From Malacoraja senta (Eukaryota): a stretch of DNA of 64,000 bases. A model generated the notes under the pieces. The model saw only the letters and a program-made list of their open reading frames with translations, made no database searches and had not been told where the DNA came from. Shown piece after piece: positions 1 through 39,727 of the stretch. Location: positions 12,278,001-12,342,000 of the forward strand of contig CM075991.1 in assembly GCA_038087875.1 (NCBI GenBank), written 5' to 3'. Every line of letters starts with the position of its first letter. Position 1 is the first letter of the stretch. The translations under genes were made by a program, and so were the position numbers.

Positions 1-986
1 AAAAGAACTTTGTTATTGTGAGTCTGCAACTCTCTACCCCCTATCCCATTTATCCCTATTGACAATTGTGTTTATAATGCGATTTTGCATAACGTGAGGT
101 TTCTTAGGAATGTAACTATCGAGTTATAGCAGAACTACCTTCATCTGACAAGAAAAGAAAACTCCAGGGTTATAGGGGAAAAACATGTGAATGAGAATTA
201 TTGGATAGCTCGGTCAAAGGGCTGACTGGCTCACTTCCACAGTCAGATAATGAAACTAATAATAGGAAAGACAGAGGACAATTTATTCCACACCAGACAT
301 ATCCAAATTGCATTAGGAAGCATTCACATTAGTTCACCTGCTTCAAATGCCTTCAACATGCACATTTAACTGAATCCCTGAACCTTAATTAATCAACCGC
401 ATATCACGGGAGATTGTTGCATCCTTATAAAATAAATCGGGAAGGGTAGTGCATTGCAGCTGACATTCATGATATTTATCCCAATGAGAACACTTGAGCC
501 ATACATAAATCGCCCAGTAGATGCCTGGCACTGAACAGTTTATAAAACATTCTGGAAGGCAGCACATGAAGGTGTGCTATAGTGAAGTGTTTAATAGGTA
601 ATAACAATAGATGCCTTACATACACTAGGCACGCATAGCCATTCCTGCCGTTTATTGATGCTGCAGTTTAAAGACAGTAGCATCAATTTTTTCAGATGCT
701 GTCTGTCCCGCTGAGTTACTCCAGCATTTTGTGTCTACCTTTGATTTAAACCAGCATCTGCAGTTCTTTCCTACACTTAAGATTGATGAAGCAAAATATT
801 TTCTGGCAGGTGGCCGAGCCTCTTATTAAACCCCTCAGTCAGTGAAGTCAGAACCTTTCAATATTTTTAAGGCAGAGTTAGATAGATCATTGATATCAAT
901 GTGGTGAAAGGTTACAGAGGAAAGATGGGAATTTCAAGTGCAGACTACAATCTAATCAGCACTTATTTTATGAAAGGCAGAAGCTC

Positions 987-3391
987 AAGGAGTTATAGAG
1001 AAACCAACGAGAGAGCAGGCTATTCTAGACTGGGTATTGAGTAATGAGGAAGGGTTAGTTAGCAGTCTTGTTGTGCGTGCCCCCTTGGGCAAGAGTGACC
1101 ATAATATGGTTGAGTTCTTCATTAGGATGGAGAGTGACATTGTTAATTCAGAAACAACGGTTCTGAACTTAAAGAAAGGTAACTTTGAGGGTATGAGACG
1201 TGAATTGGCCAAGATTGACTGGCAATTAGTTCTAAAAGGGTTGACGGTGGATATGCAATGGAAGGCATTTAAAGACTGCATGGATGAACTACAAAAATTG
1301 TTCATCCCAGTTTGGCAAAAGAATAAATCAGGGAAGGTAGTGCATCCGTGGATAACAAGGGAAATCAGGGATAGTATCAAAGCAAAAGATGATGCGTACA
1401 AATTAGCCAGAAAAAGCAGCATACCAGAGGACTGGGAGAAATTCAGAGACAAGCAGAGGAGGACAAAGGGCTTAATTAGGAAAGGGAAAATAGATTATGA
1501 AAGAAAACTGGCAGGGAACATAAAAACTGACTGCAAAAGTTTTTATAGATATGTGAAGAGAAAGAGATTAGTTAAAACAAATGTAGGTCCCTTGCAGTCA
1601 GAAACAGGTGAATTGATCATGGGGAACAAGGATATGGCGGACCAATTGAATAACTACTTTGGTTCCGTCTTCACTAAGGAAGACATAAATAATCTGCCGG
1701 AAATAGCAGGGGGCCGCAGGTCAAAGGAGATGAAGGAACTGAGTGAAATCCAGGTTAGTCGGGAAGTGGTGTTGGGTAAATTGAATGGATTAAAGGCCGA
1801 TAAATCACCAGGGCCAGATAGGCTGCATCCCAGAGTACTTAAGGAAGTAGCTCCAGAAATAGTGGATGCATTAGTGATAATTTTTCAAAACTCTTTAGAT
1901 TCTGGAGTAGTTCCTGAGGATTGGAGGGTAGCAAACGTAACCCCACTTTTTAAGAAGGGAGGGAGAGAGAAAACGGGGAATTACAGACCAGTTAGTCTAA
2001 CATCGGTAGTGGGGAAACTGCTAGAGTCAGTTATTAAAGATGGGATAGCAGCACATTTGGAAAGTGGTGAAATCATTGGACAAAGTCAGCATGGATTTAC
2101 GAAAGGTAAATCGTGTCTGACGAATCTTATAGAATTTTTTGAGGATGTAACTAGTGGAGTGGATAGGGGAGAACCAGTGGATGTGTTGTATCTGGACTTT
2201 CAGAAGGCTTTCGACAAGGTACCACATAAGAGATTAGTATACAAACTTAAAGCACACGGTATTGGGGGTTCAGTATTGATGTGGATAGAGAACTGGCTGG
2301 CAAACAGGAAACAAAGAGTAGGAGTATACAGGTCCTTTTCACAATGGCAGGAAGTGACTAGTGGGGTACCGCAAGGCTTAGTGCTGGGACCCCAGCTATT
2401 TACAATTTATATTAATGATCTGGATGAGGGAATTGAAGGCAACATCTCCAAGTTTGCAGATGACACTAAGCTGGGGGACAGTGTTAGCTGTGAGGAGGAT
2501 GCTAGGAGACTGCAAGGTGACTTGGATAGGCTGGGTGAGTGGGCAAATGTTTGGCAGATGCAGTATAATGTGGATAAATGTGAGGTTATCCACTTTGGTG
2601 GCAAAAACAGGAAAGCAGACTATTATCTAAATGGTGGCCGATTAGGAAATGGGGAGATGCAGCGAGACCTGGGTGTCATGGTACACCAGTCAATGAAAGT
2701 AGGCATGCAGGTGCAGCAGGCAGTGAAGAAAGCGAATGGTATGTTAGCTTTCAAAGCAAAAGGATTTGAGTATAGGAGCAGGGAGGTTCTACTGCAGTTG
2801 TACAGGGTCTTGGTGAGACCACACCTGGAGTATTGCGTACAGTTTTGGTCTCCAAATCTGAGGAAGGACATTATAGCCATGGAGGGAGTGCAGAGAAGGT
2901 TCACCAGACGGATTCCTGGGATGTCAGGACTTTCATATGAAGAAAGACTGGATAGACTTGGCTTATACTCGCTAGAATTTAGGAGATTGAGAGGGGATCT
3001 TATAGAAACGTACAAAATTCTTATGGGGTTGGACAGGCTAGATGCAGGAAGATTGTTCCCGATGTTGGGGAAGTCCAGGACAAGGGGTCACAGCTTAAGG
3101 ATAAGGGGGAAATCCTTTAAGACCGAGATGAGGAAAAACTTTTTCACACAGAGAGTGGTGAATCTCTGGAACTCTCTGCCACAGAGGGTAGTTGAGGCCA
3201 GTTCATTGGCTATATTTAAGAGGGAGTTAGATGTGGCCCTTGTGGCTAAAGGGATCAGGGGGTATGGAGAGAAGGCAGGTATGGGATACCGAGTTGGATG
3301 ATCAGCCATGATCATATTGAATGGCGGTGCAGGCTCGAAGGGCCGAATGGCCTACTCCTGCACCTATTTTCTATGTATCTATCTATGTATC
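987..3391 (+). mobile_element. CR1-clade LINE, 5'-truncated, with an uninterrupted ORF2 remnant and 3' UTR/tail
   Basis: ORF 1037-3301 (754 aa) has the end of the AP endonuclease (GKSDH), KSPGPD, NYRPVSLTS, QHGF, LDFQKAFDKV, SGVPQG and KFADD, plus the CR1 C-terminus (RPHLEYCVQFW, RTRGH). It is followed by a CR1-type 3' UTR (ggccgaatggcct) and a (CTATGTAT)-like tail at about 3371-3391. Confidence 0.95.
1037..3301 (+). CDS. CR1 LINE ORF2 fragment (reverse transcriptase), lacking most of the endonuclease
   Basis: 754-aa open frame with non-LTR RT motifs; it starts at the truncation point rather than at a true start codon. Confidence 0.85.
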   Translation: MSNEEGLVSSLVVRAPLGKSDHNMVEFFIRMESDIVNSETTVLNLKKGNFEGMRRELAKIDWQLVLKGLTVDMQWKAFKDCMDELQKLFIPVWQKNKSGKVVHPWITREIRDSIKAKDDAYKLARKSSIPEDWEKFRDKQRRTKGLIRKGKIDYERKLAGNIKTDCKSFYRYVKRKRLVKTNVGPLQSETGELIMGNKDMADQLNNYFGSVFTKEDINNLPEIAGGRRSKEMKELSEIQVSREVVLGKLNGLKADKSPGPDRLHPRVLKEVAPEIVDALVIIFQNSLDSGVVPEDWRVANVTPLFKKGGREKTGNYRPVSLTSVVGKLLESVIKDGIAAHLESGEIIGQSQHGFTKGKSCLTNLIEFFEDVTSGVDRGEPVDVLYLDFQKAFDKVPHKRLVYKLKAHGIGGSVLMWIENWLANRKQRVGVYRSFSQWQEVTSGVPQGLVLGPQLFTIYINDLDEGIEGNISKFADDTKLGDSVSCEEDARRLQGDLDRLGEWANVWQMQYNVDKCEVIHFGGKNRKADYYLNGGRLGNGEMQRDLGVMVHQSMKVGMQVQQAVKKANGMLAFKAKGFEYRSREVLLQLYRVLVRPHLEYCVQFWSPNLRKDIIAMEGVQRRFTRRIPGMSGLSYEERLDRLGLYSLEFRRLRGDLIETYKILMGLDRLDAGRLFPMLGKSRTRGHSLRIRGKSFKTEMRKNFFTQRVVNLWNSLPQRVVEASSLAIFKRELDVALVAKGIRGYGEKAGMGYRVG

Positions 3392-5144
3392 TTGCCATTG
3401 ATTCACTGATGAGTAAATCTGTGGGCAATAACATTGTCAGGTTCACTTAGATATAGGAGATTTAATTGGAAAGTGCAGAGTTTATCTTGCAAGGTTTCTC
3501 ACTGAACTGGCCTAATTAGTGATTTATAAAAAGCAAGTTTTATAAAAGATCATCTTTGAATTTCAGTCATAAAATGAGTAGCTTTCAACCTCTGCCGAGA
3601 TTAGAATTCACTGGGGAAGTTACAAGGTTGATGTACAACTCGTCAGAAATTGACAGCTGCAGCACTGATTGATGGATGACCAGCATTCTGCCCTGATCGA
3701 AGTCTCATTAAATCGGTGAGGAAAACAGTTTGAACCATTGATTTGCACAAAGAATGGAGCCAGCATTTAAATTGAAAGCATTGAGCTTTAAGGCTAATGC
3801 TTTCTGCACTGACCTTTGACAGGGAGGGCAAATTATAAAAAATGAACACAATATTGAAAAGCTGTGACGTTGAGATATTCCCTTCCCCGGAAGACCAGTT
3901 TCATTAATTATTTTCATTTGTTAATGGGAAATTGTATTATTAGTGTAGCTGCTTTTCTTGCCCATTATTAGTTACTGTGATGCTATTAACATTCAACGAT
4001 ATTTTTGAATGAGACGTTAAATCATAGTTTGTCTGCTCTCCCATATGGACACAAAATATTCCATATCACAACTTGAAGGACCATTGGCTTCCCTCCTGGA
4101 CAATAATATTTGGCTAGTGCCCTGGATAATATTTATCCCTTAACCACAGAGATAGATATTGGGCACTGGCCAAAATTACACCAGCTCTCTGGACATTTTT
4201 AAACTGCTATTTGTGCGAAGCTTGCTGTGTATAACTTGGTAGCCAGGCTCTAAACCCATCAATAATTGACCTAAAATCTAAGTGGTTCATTTTCTTTGAA
4301 GTTTGGGTATTTCTAGCATTTTCTGTTTTTAATTCAGATTTCCAGCATCTGCTTTTTTTGTTGTTGATTTTTACTGTAATACATCATCATCGTAGCATGT
4401 TGTATGGCTCAAATCCTGCAATAATGCCCGGGTATATGTGCAAAAGGCATGTGAATTACCCAACATACCTTGAACATTGTTGATGCATCAGAATTGCTCC
4501 CTGTATCTATGATCTTTGCCCTGCACTGCAATGGTTCTCCATACAGGTGGGTCGTGGATAACTCAATTTCCAGCTAATACTGCCATCTAGTGTTCATTAC
4601 TATACATTTCATTCTAGATGGGAATGTTTGCAAATACATTTCAAAAAGAGCACAATAAAAAATGACTAAACTCCAGCCCAACGACTTCAAAGGCTCCTCG
4701 GCATCAAAGAAGAAACAATTACTTTTCCCCATGTCAGGATGGTGTGTTGCTTGAAGGGAACATGGAGGCAGGGAGGATGTCCTGTTGTTAATGATAAATA
4801 ATCCTGTGCATCAAATATACTACCACCATTAACATCGGATGGTAGAATTAAAAAGGGAGATATACTGAAAATCTAAATAGAAAATGTTGGAAATAAACTA
4901 GGAGCAATCATGGAGAGAGAAAAACATTCCACTTTCTATTTATTGGTTAATCTGCATCTTCTGTACATCCATTTTATAAGAAACAGACCAATGTAAGAGC
5001 AAATATTTTTCTTATTGTGTGCATATAAGACATACATTTCATTGGGAACTTTTGTATAAAACTATTAATATTCATATATAGTGACATTGTATTTACAAAG
5101 AACAACTGCATTTCTTTATCTAGTTGCAGACAATTATGCTTTAT

Positions 5145-5415
5145 ATTAGTTTTGTTTAGAGATACAGCTGGAAACTGGCCCTTCAGCCGGGCGAATCTGC
5201 GCTGACCATTGGTCACCCGTTCATATCAGTTCTATGTTATCTCACTTTCGCATCCTCTCCCTACACACTTGGGGCAATTTACAGGGGCCAATTAACCAAC
5301 AAACCGGCACGTCTCTGGGGTGTGGGAGGAAACCGGAACACCTGGAGACAACCCACGCGGTCACAGGGAGAATGTGCAAACACTGAGCTGAGGTCAGGAT
5401 CAAACCCAGGTCTTT
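5145..5415 (-). mobile_element. V-SINE-like (HE1-type) SINE copy
   Basis: Reverse complement of the SINE body (tgtgggaggaaaccgga...cccacgcggtcacagggagaatgtgcaaa) and its tail (tttagagatacagc). Confidence 0.75.
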
Positions 5416-6165
5416 AGACTTCTTCAGACTGGAAAAGGGTCTCAACCTGAAACGTCATCTATTCCTTCTCTCCAGAGATGCTGCCTGTCCCGTTGAGTTA
5501 CTCCACCATTTTGTGTCTACTCCCTCTGAAGATTACACTATCACCCCAGAGGAATTTTTCAGCCTCCCTGTTCTCCACCTGTGAATGTTTAGAGACTGTG
5601 ATTGACCGTCTTAAAATGTTTTATGCATCAGTGGTTATAGACAGTATTTATTAGCATCATTGCACCAGCCAATGAGTTGTAGTAAGGATGGGATATTCCA
5701 CATGAATAGTCTCACAGCAAACAGTCTCTTGTATTGCATGCAAATTTGACCTACCCAGAAAAAATAGAAGAAACAGAATGCAGCAACTTCTCCCAATAAA
5801 AGCAGGGAAATGTCTCCAGTTGAGGAGAGTGACCCTACAAATTACATGCTTAAAAGTCACTGCCAGCAGTGCTTAGTTAAAAGAGAAATTACCTAATCAT
5901 TTCCAGTATGGCTGGGAATATCACTTAAAGATATAGAGCCATCTTAAAACTCACTCCATTACCCATTCCAATGCAGGACAGTGGTAACAAATAATTGTTT
6001 CTTTTAAATGCAAACAAAAACAGTTAGTACTGGAAATGATTAGGTATTTTCTCTATTAAAGTCTAAGATCTTTGGGAATGTCTAAGCTATCACTTGGGAA
6101 TGCCATGTATCTGCTCTAGAGCAGCGTTGTACTCTCCGGTGTCCGCAGGCTGACAGGGACAGTGC

Positions 6166-34390
<28,225 letters not shown>

Positions 34391-37229
34391 CACAGTTCTC
34401 CAGAATGGAACTTCATCCCCCCTCTAATGCACGTATTCAACCCCAAACAGCTGAACTTAAAACAATCTGGCAGCAATTCACATTCAACTAAATATATTTC
34501 CCCCCACCCCCTCCTTTAAGTTGCAATTACTGATGGCCCCTTGGGTGCTGCGGTTGGGTTTGGCGTTCAAGGGTTTTCACACGAATCGGTCCCAAAGTGT
34601 AATTAATGTTCACAAAAGCTGGGCTTGTGTGTGCAAGGGACGAGTTGTGTACACTTGGTTCAATGGTACTTTATTGTCACTTGTACAGTGAAATTTATCT
34701 TTTGCATACAGTTCAATGGCAATCCTAATATACATTGACACATGTATACTTAGTATGAGATAGTAAAGATAAGACCACACTGAGTCTGCACACAAGAGTC
34801 GCCACGTTTTAGGCGGTCCATTGTACCCTTCAAGTCCAAATTTTAAAAACATGTTAAAAAAGAGTCTTAACTTTGAACCGCTGTTGTGAGCATCAAGTAA
34901 CTCAAAGTTTAAAAGTTAAAACAAACTGCAGATGCTGGAAAGCAGAAATAACAGCTGAAGATGCAGGAAATATCAGCATCCTTATGGAGAGACAAATAGA
35001 ATTTATGTTAGAGGCCAACAACTTTCACTGAACTGGGTAAAGTTCTAAGGCGAATGTGTTTGAGGTTGAGGTTTGGATTATTGATTGAAAGATACAGCGT
35101 GGAAACTAGCCCTTCGGCCCACCAAGTCCACGCTGATCATCGATCACCCATTCATACTACTTGCACGTTCTCATCCACTCCCTACACTCTTGAGGCATTT
35201 TGCATATTTTCAATTAATTTCTCCTAAGTACCGTCCGTCTATATCTCTTGTTCCTCTTTCCCCTGACTCTCATTCTGAAGAAGGGTCTTGACCCGAAACA
35301 TCACCTATTCTTTTTTTCCAGCGATGCTACCTGTCCCACTGAGTTACTCCAGCTTTTTGTGTTTGCCTCCACTTTAATTTAACTGCACCAGCCTATTTAC
35401 TTTCTTAGGCATCTGAGAATATCCAGCATGGTCACGAGGATTCTCTCAAACTTCAACAAGCACAGATAGTAAGTTGGATAGGATGTATCTCAGCCTGGTA
35501 TGGAAGCTGCTCTGCTTTTGACCATCAGAGAGTGGTGAAGTCCATCACAGGCTTGTCACATGTCTTTTATGCAGTCCATCTCCTTGGTGTTTTGCATCAG
35601 AAAGGCAGGAAGTATTTTCAATGATGCCTGATATCGTGGCATTCCCCATTCTCCTTCATGGTTCTATTTGAGGGCTACACATGCTCTCAAATAAATGCAG
35701 TGAATATACCTTCTGAAAGATACAGGACCTTCTGTGCAGGATATATGCACAAAATATGCATATGTGCATATGTGAACGTTTACAGATGAGAAATGAAAAT
35801 GTTTACAGGTGAGAAATGCACATATTAGATATATGCACAAAATATACATAAATGCACATATCTAAAATGTGATTTTCTCACCTCTAAACTTTCAAATTAC
35901 ATTTTTAAATCCAACTTAAAGATACAGGGTATGGGCACATGAAATAAACGTCAGAGAGTTGTTAAACTTCTTTAATTTGACATTATACACACACCTGTCC
36001 AAGAAACTTCACAGTTAAATCAACTCTAAACAGAACAAAAAGCTGCATGAAGGTTTCACAGTACATCTCTCAAGTTTACTTTCTTATCACATAAATTCAG
36101 TCAAAAGCAATGTCGTTTTTAAATGGAGACACAAGAGACTCCAATGCTGGAACCTTGAGCAAAAACAATCAAACTGCTGGAGGAATTCAGCAGGTCAGGC
36201 AGCATATGTGGAGGGAATGGACAGATTAATTTTTGGGTCAGGACCCTTCTTCACACTGATCTGTAAAAGTCTGAAAAGAATTCTGACCTGAAATGTCATC
36301 TGCTCATTCCATCCACAGATGCTGCCCCACAGCACTTTGTATTTTGCATGGTTTATTAAACTGGCCTGTAACCACCTAGAGGCTTGTTTAGAGGTGGTAG
36401 GGCCAGACATAATGTGGTTCAACGGTGGCAACAAGTAGTGCTGTTGCAACAAGTAGTTAGGTGCACCACACCCACTCATACAACAGCCCTTGAGCAAAGC
36501 AAAATTAACAACTGATTTAGCTTTTCCATCATACAAGATATAAATTGTAGAAGGATCATAATTCTTTCAGAATATCACAGCAGATTCTAAATTGAACTCC
36601 TCCATCCTAAATGTCCAATTGGTGCTTTTATTTTGGGTGGTGGGGTAGAACAGCAAACCAAAGACTGAGGTTTGAACAACAGCAGATCCAACAGTTCAAT
36701 CAATCAACGACACTATCAGAGCACTTACATTTTATCCAGTCAAGCTGTGCCTACAATGTGGTACATGTGGGAAATATTCAAAACATTCTTACTGAGATTC
36801 AACAGAACTTCAATTTGAGGCAAGTTACAGTAAAACTCAGATAATCCACGAACCAAATAGTTGGAAGTCACACCACGATAGACATAAAGTGCTAGAGTAA
36901 CTCAGCAGGTCAGGCAGCATCTCTGGAGAAAAAGGATGGGTGACGTTTTGGGTCGGAACCCATCTTCATAAGTTATAGGAGGAGAATCAGGCCATTCGGC
37001 ACATCAATACCCCGCCATTCAATCATGGCTGATCTTTCTTTCCCTCTCATTCTCCTCCTTCTCCCCATTACCCCTGACACCCGTACCAATCAATTGGAAG
37101 TCTTCCGTTGGAAGTCACCTTGGTTTAACACTACTCTGCAGGTGAATTGGCTGCACTCCCTCTCAACACACTACGACCCAGAGCTTTTTGTGTTGGATTA
37201 TTAATAGAAATAACATTGGTATTCCTGAG

Positions 37230-37449
37230 GTCGACAAAAATGCTGGAGAAACTCAGCGGGTGAGGCAGCATCTATGGAGTGAAGGAAATGGACGACGTTT
37301 CGTGTCGAGACCATCAGTCTGAAGAAGGGTCTCGACCCAAAATGTGGCCCACTTCCTTCGCTCCATAGATGCTGCCTCACCCGCTGAGTTAGTCCAGCAT
37401 TTTTGTCTACCTTCGATTTTCCAGCATCTGCAGTTCCTTCTTAAACATC
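37230..37449. mobile_element. Palindromic Penelope-derived unit with a 13-bp TSD
   Basis: TGGTATTCCTGAG at 37217-37229 and 37450-37462; inverted arms gacaaaaatgctgga...ctcagcgggtgaggcagcatctatggag / ctccatagatgctgcctcacccgctgag...tccagcatttttgtc. Confidence 0.8.
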
Positions 37450-39538
37450 TGGTATTCCTGAGAATCTGCCAATCCAACACCAGAGTTATAAACACACAAA
37501 ATTATCCAAGTTTTACTGCATGTACAAATAATAATCCTGGGATAGAAATCTTGGAGGGGGAATTCTAAACCTCGAGTGCCTCCACCCCACACACATCTGC
37601 AGCTCTAGCTGCGACGATGCTTCAAGGCACAGGAAAGAGGGAGGACACTCCTGTAATACTGCTCAATGCTTGGCATCTTTCCTGCTACCTCTTACCAGTC
37701 TGCTCCTCATTAACCTTCATTGAAATAGGTTTGAGCCAAAAAGAAAACAGTGAATGGACGAATCAAAGAACATTGGGTGCAAGCGGAATCTGCTGGTGCG
37801 ACTGATGGAGACAAACTGTGCAGCTCAGGCTGGGGGGAAGGACTGGTCCAAGAACAACCAGAACATGACAGAGAGGTGTTTATTAATATCTTGTAAAATG
37901 CAGTGCCATTTCCTGTCTACTATAGTGTACAATACTTTATACCACATGTATTATTGGTGTGGCAGCATTTACATGACATTCTTCAATCAGGCCTTGTTTC
38001 CGCATTGGATTTACCACGCTTCCTGTGTACACTCCGCTCGGGAAATAACTGATGTGTGCCTGAGAGGCATAAGTTATTGTGCATTTAATGCAGTGATACC
38101 ACTTTATTGACGTCAGTTATTTATGAAAAGCACTTTTCATAGTTATCAGAACTGCTGTCAAGTTCTTTTGTTAATTTTTTGCAAATGCAGCTGATATGTT
38201 TGTCCAGGCTATTACACAAATTCCTAAAGCTACATTGAAAATTTACTTTGCTTCTCCTTCCACAGATGCCTGTCTGACTTGCCGAGTATTTCCAGCATTC
38301 TCTATTAGATTATAAGTATATTTTCTTGTTTGACTCCATTATTGTTAACCTTGAGCTAACATTCCTTGCCCTGTTAGGGGGGCAGGTGCAGTGCCAAGTT
38401 TGTGTTCAGTCACATATCCCACTGAGGCAATGACTTTGTTGGGGTCAATCTCTGACCTAGGCGAGTCTGGAAGTAACTTCTCTTGATGGCAGAGATCAGT
38501 AGTCTTTATATTTCCACAATGCAGCTGAGTTCAAGGTTGTTGATCTCTCTATTTAACCTCTAACTTCAACCTGGTTCAGGATCTTTACAGAACACAAAAT
38601 GCTGTGGCAGCTTTCACTTACACTCCTCTTTAAAGCAAAGACTCTGTGACAAAACAACTTCACATATGTACTGCCATTTGCAAACTAGACTGGTTTAGTT
38701 AACAGATGAAAAATGTCACAGACACATTTACAACAGCAAAAAAAGTTATTGAATAACATTATGATCATTAAAGCCACAGCACAAATTAACGGGGTGACAG
38801 TGAAAATATCATCTGCTTCACGAGTCTGCTCCCACCCTTACCCTCATGAGACTGCATTGGCACAGCAGCACACAGATTGACTTTGGAGTCAAGTTACCTC
38901 AGCCAGCCCCATCGATTAGGAGACTCAGAGTGAGAAGAGTAGAGAGGAAGAGAGAGAAATCAGCCAATTCTGCTGGTGGAGAGGGAGAAAAGGAAGGTAG
39001 AGGAAAAAGCAGGCAGTGGATGGGAAAATAGGAAAGGGGACATGGGAAGGAGGGAAGTTTCTCAGGCTGCAGATTCTGCTCACCATCCAACATTAGGTGA
39101 CAAAGTGACCAGGCATTAGTAACAGAACATAGACACAAAAAGCTGGAGTAACTCAGTGGATAGTCTAGTAGGTGACCGTGCTGCCTCAGCAAGTCAGTGT
39201 CTAGAAGATGTAGTTATAGCGATTAAATTCTAGTGTACCGCCCCAGAATGATTTTCACTGTACAGAAATGTAGTGCGGACTCTGCCGAGAGGTCGTAACC
39301 CCAACCTAGCTGTGCTTCCTGTACCTGGACAACTGTTCACCTTTTCCACCGGCCTGCAGCAGCAGCTGAGGCCACGCTGCCTTTGCTCTGAAGCATAGGG
39401 TCCACAGCTGTGTGTGAGCTGTAGTCTCTAGTCACTTGAGTGGACTGCACTGGAATATTTGGTTCATTGCGACGGTCCTGCTTCGGCGCAGCAACTGCTC
39501 CTTAACCGAAAATTATGCTTCAGGGGCTAGGCACTGCT

Positions 39539-39727
39539 TTACTTTGCTATCGATCTTAACGAATCCTTCAGACCCTTGGTCATGCTTGGGATCAGCACTG
39601 AATGATCATCCACACATTTAGTGACGCAGGATTCTGCCTTCTGCTTGACGTCCTGCTCTTTCGCTCCTGAATCAAAGGCATCCTTTGCCCTGTCATTGCA
39701 GTCCATCATGCACCTCTGCAGACGGTT
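39539..39727 (-). CDS. FAM136A: FAM136A exon 3
   Basis: ctctccttacag|AAC ... AAG TAA; 62 aa plus stop. Confidence 0.95.
   Translation of the reverse strand, partial: NRLQRCMMDCNDRAKDAFDSGAKEQDVKQKAESCVTKCVDDHSVLIPSMTKGLKDSLRSIAK

Noticed and set aside
431..454. 24-nt near-match (aataaatcgggaagggtagtgcat) to CR1 positions 1322-1345
   Set aside because: Similarity does not extend into the flanks and it is not placed as a TSD; chance or a tiny relic.
4939..4944. AATAAA on the minus strand as the kinase polyadenylation signal
   Set aside because: Plausible at about 1.2 kb past the stop, but such hexamers are common in AT-rich DNA and cannot be supported without 3'-end data.
35740..35890. Local direct and inverted AT-rich repeats (atatatgcacaaaatat twice)
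   Set aside because: Low-complexity slippage with no further structure I could support.
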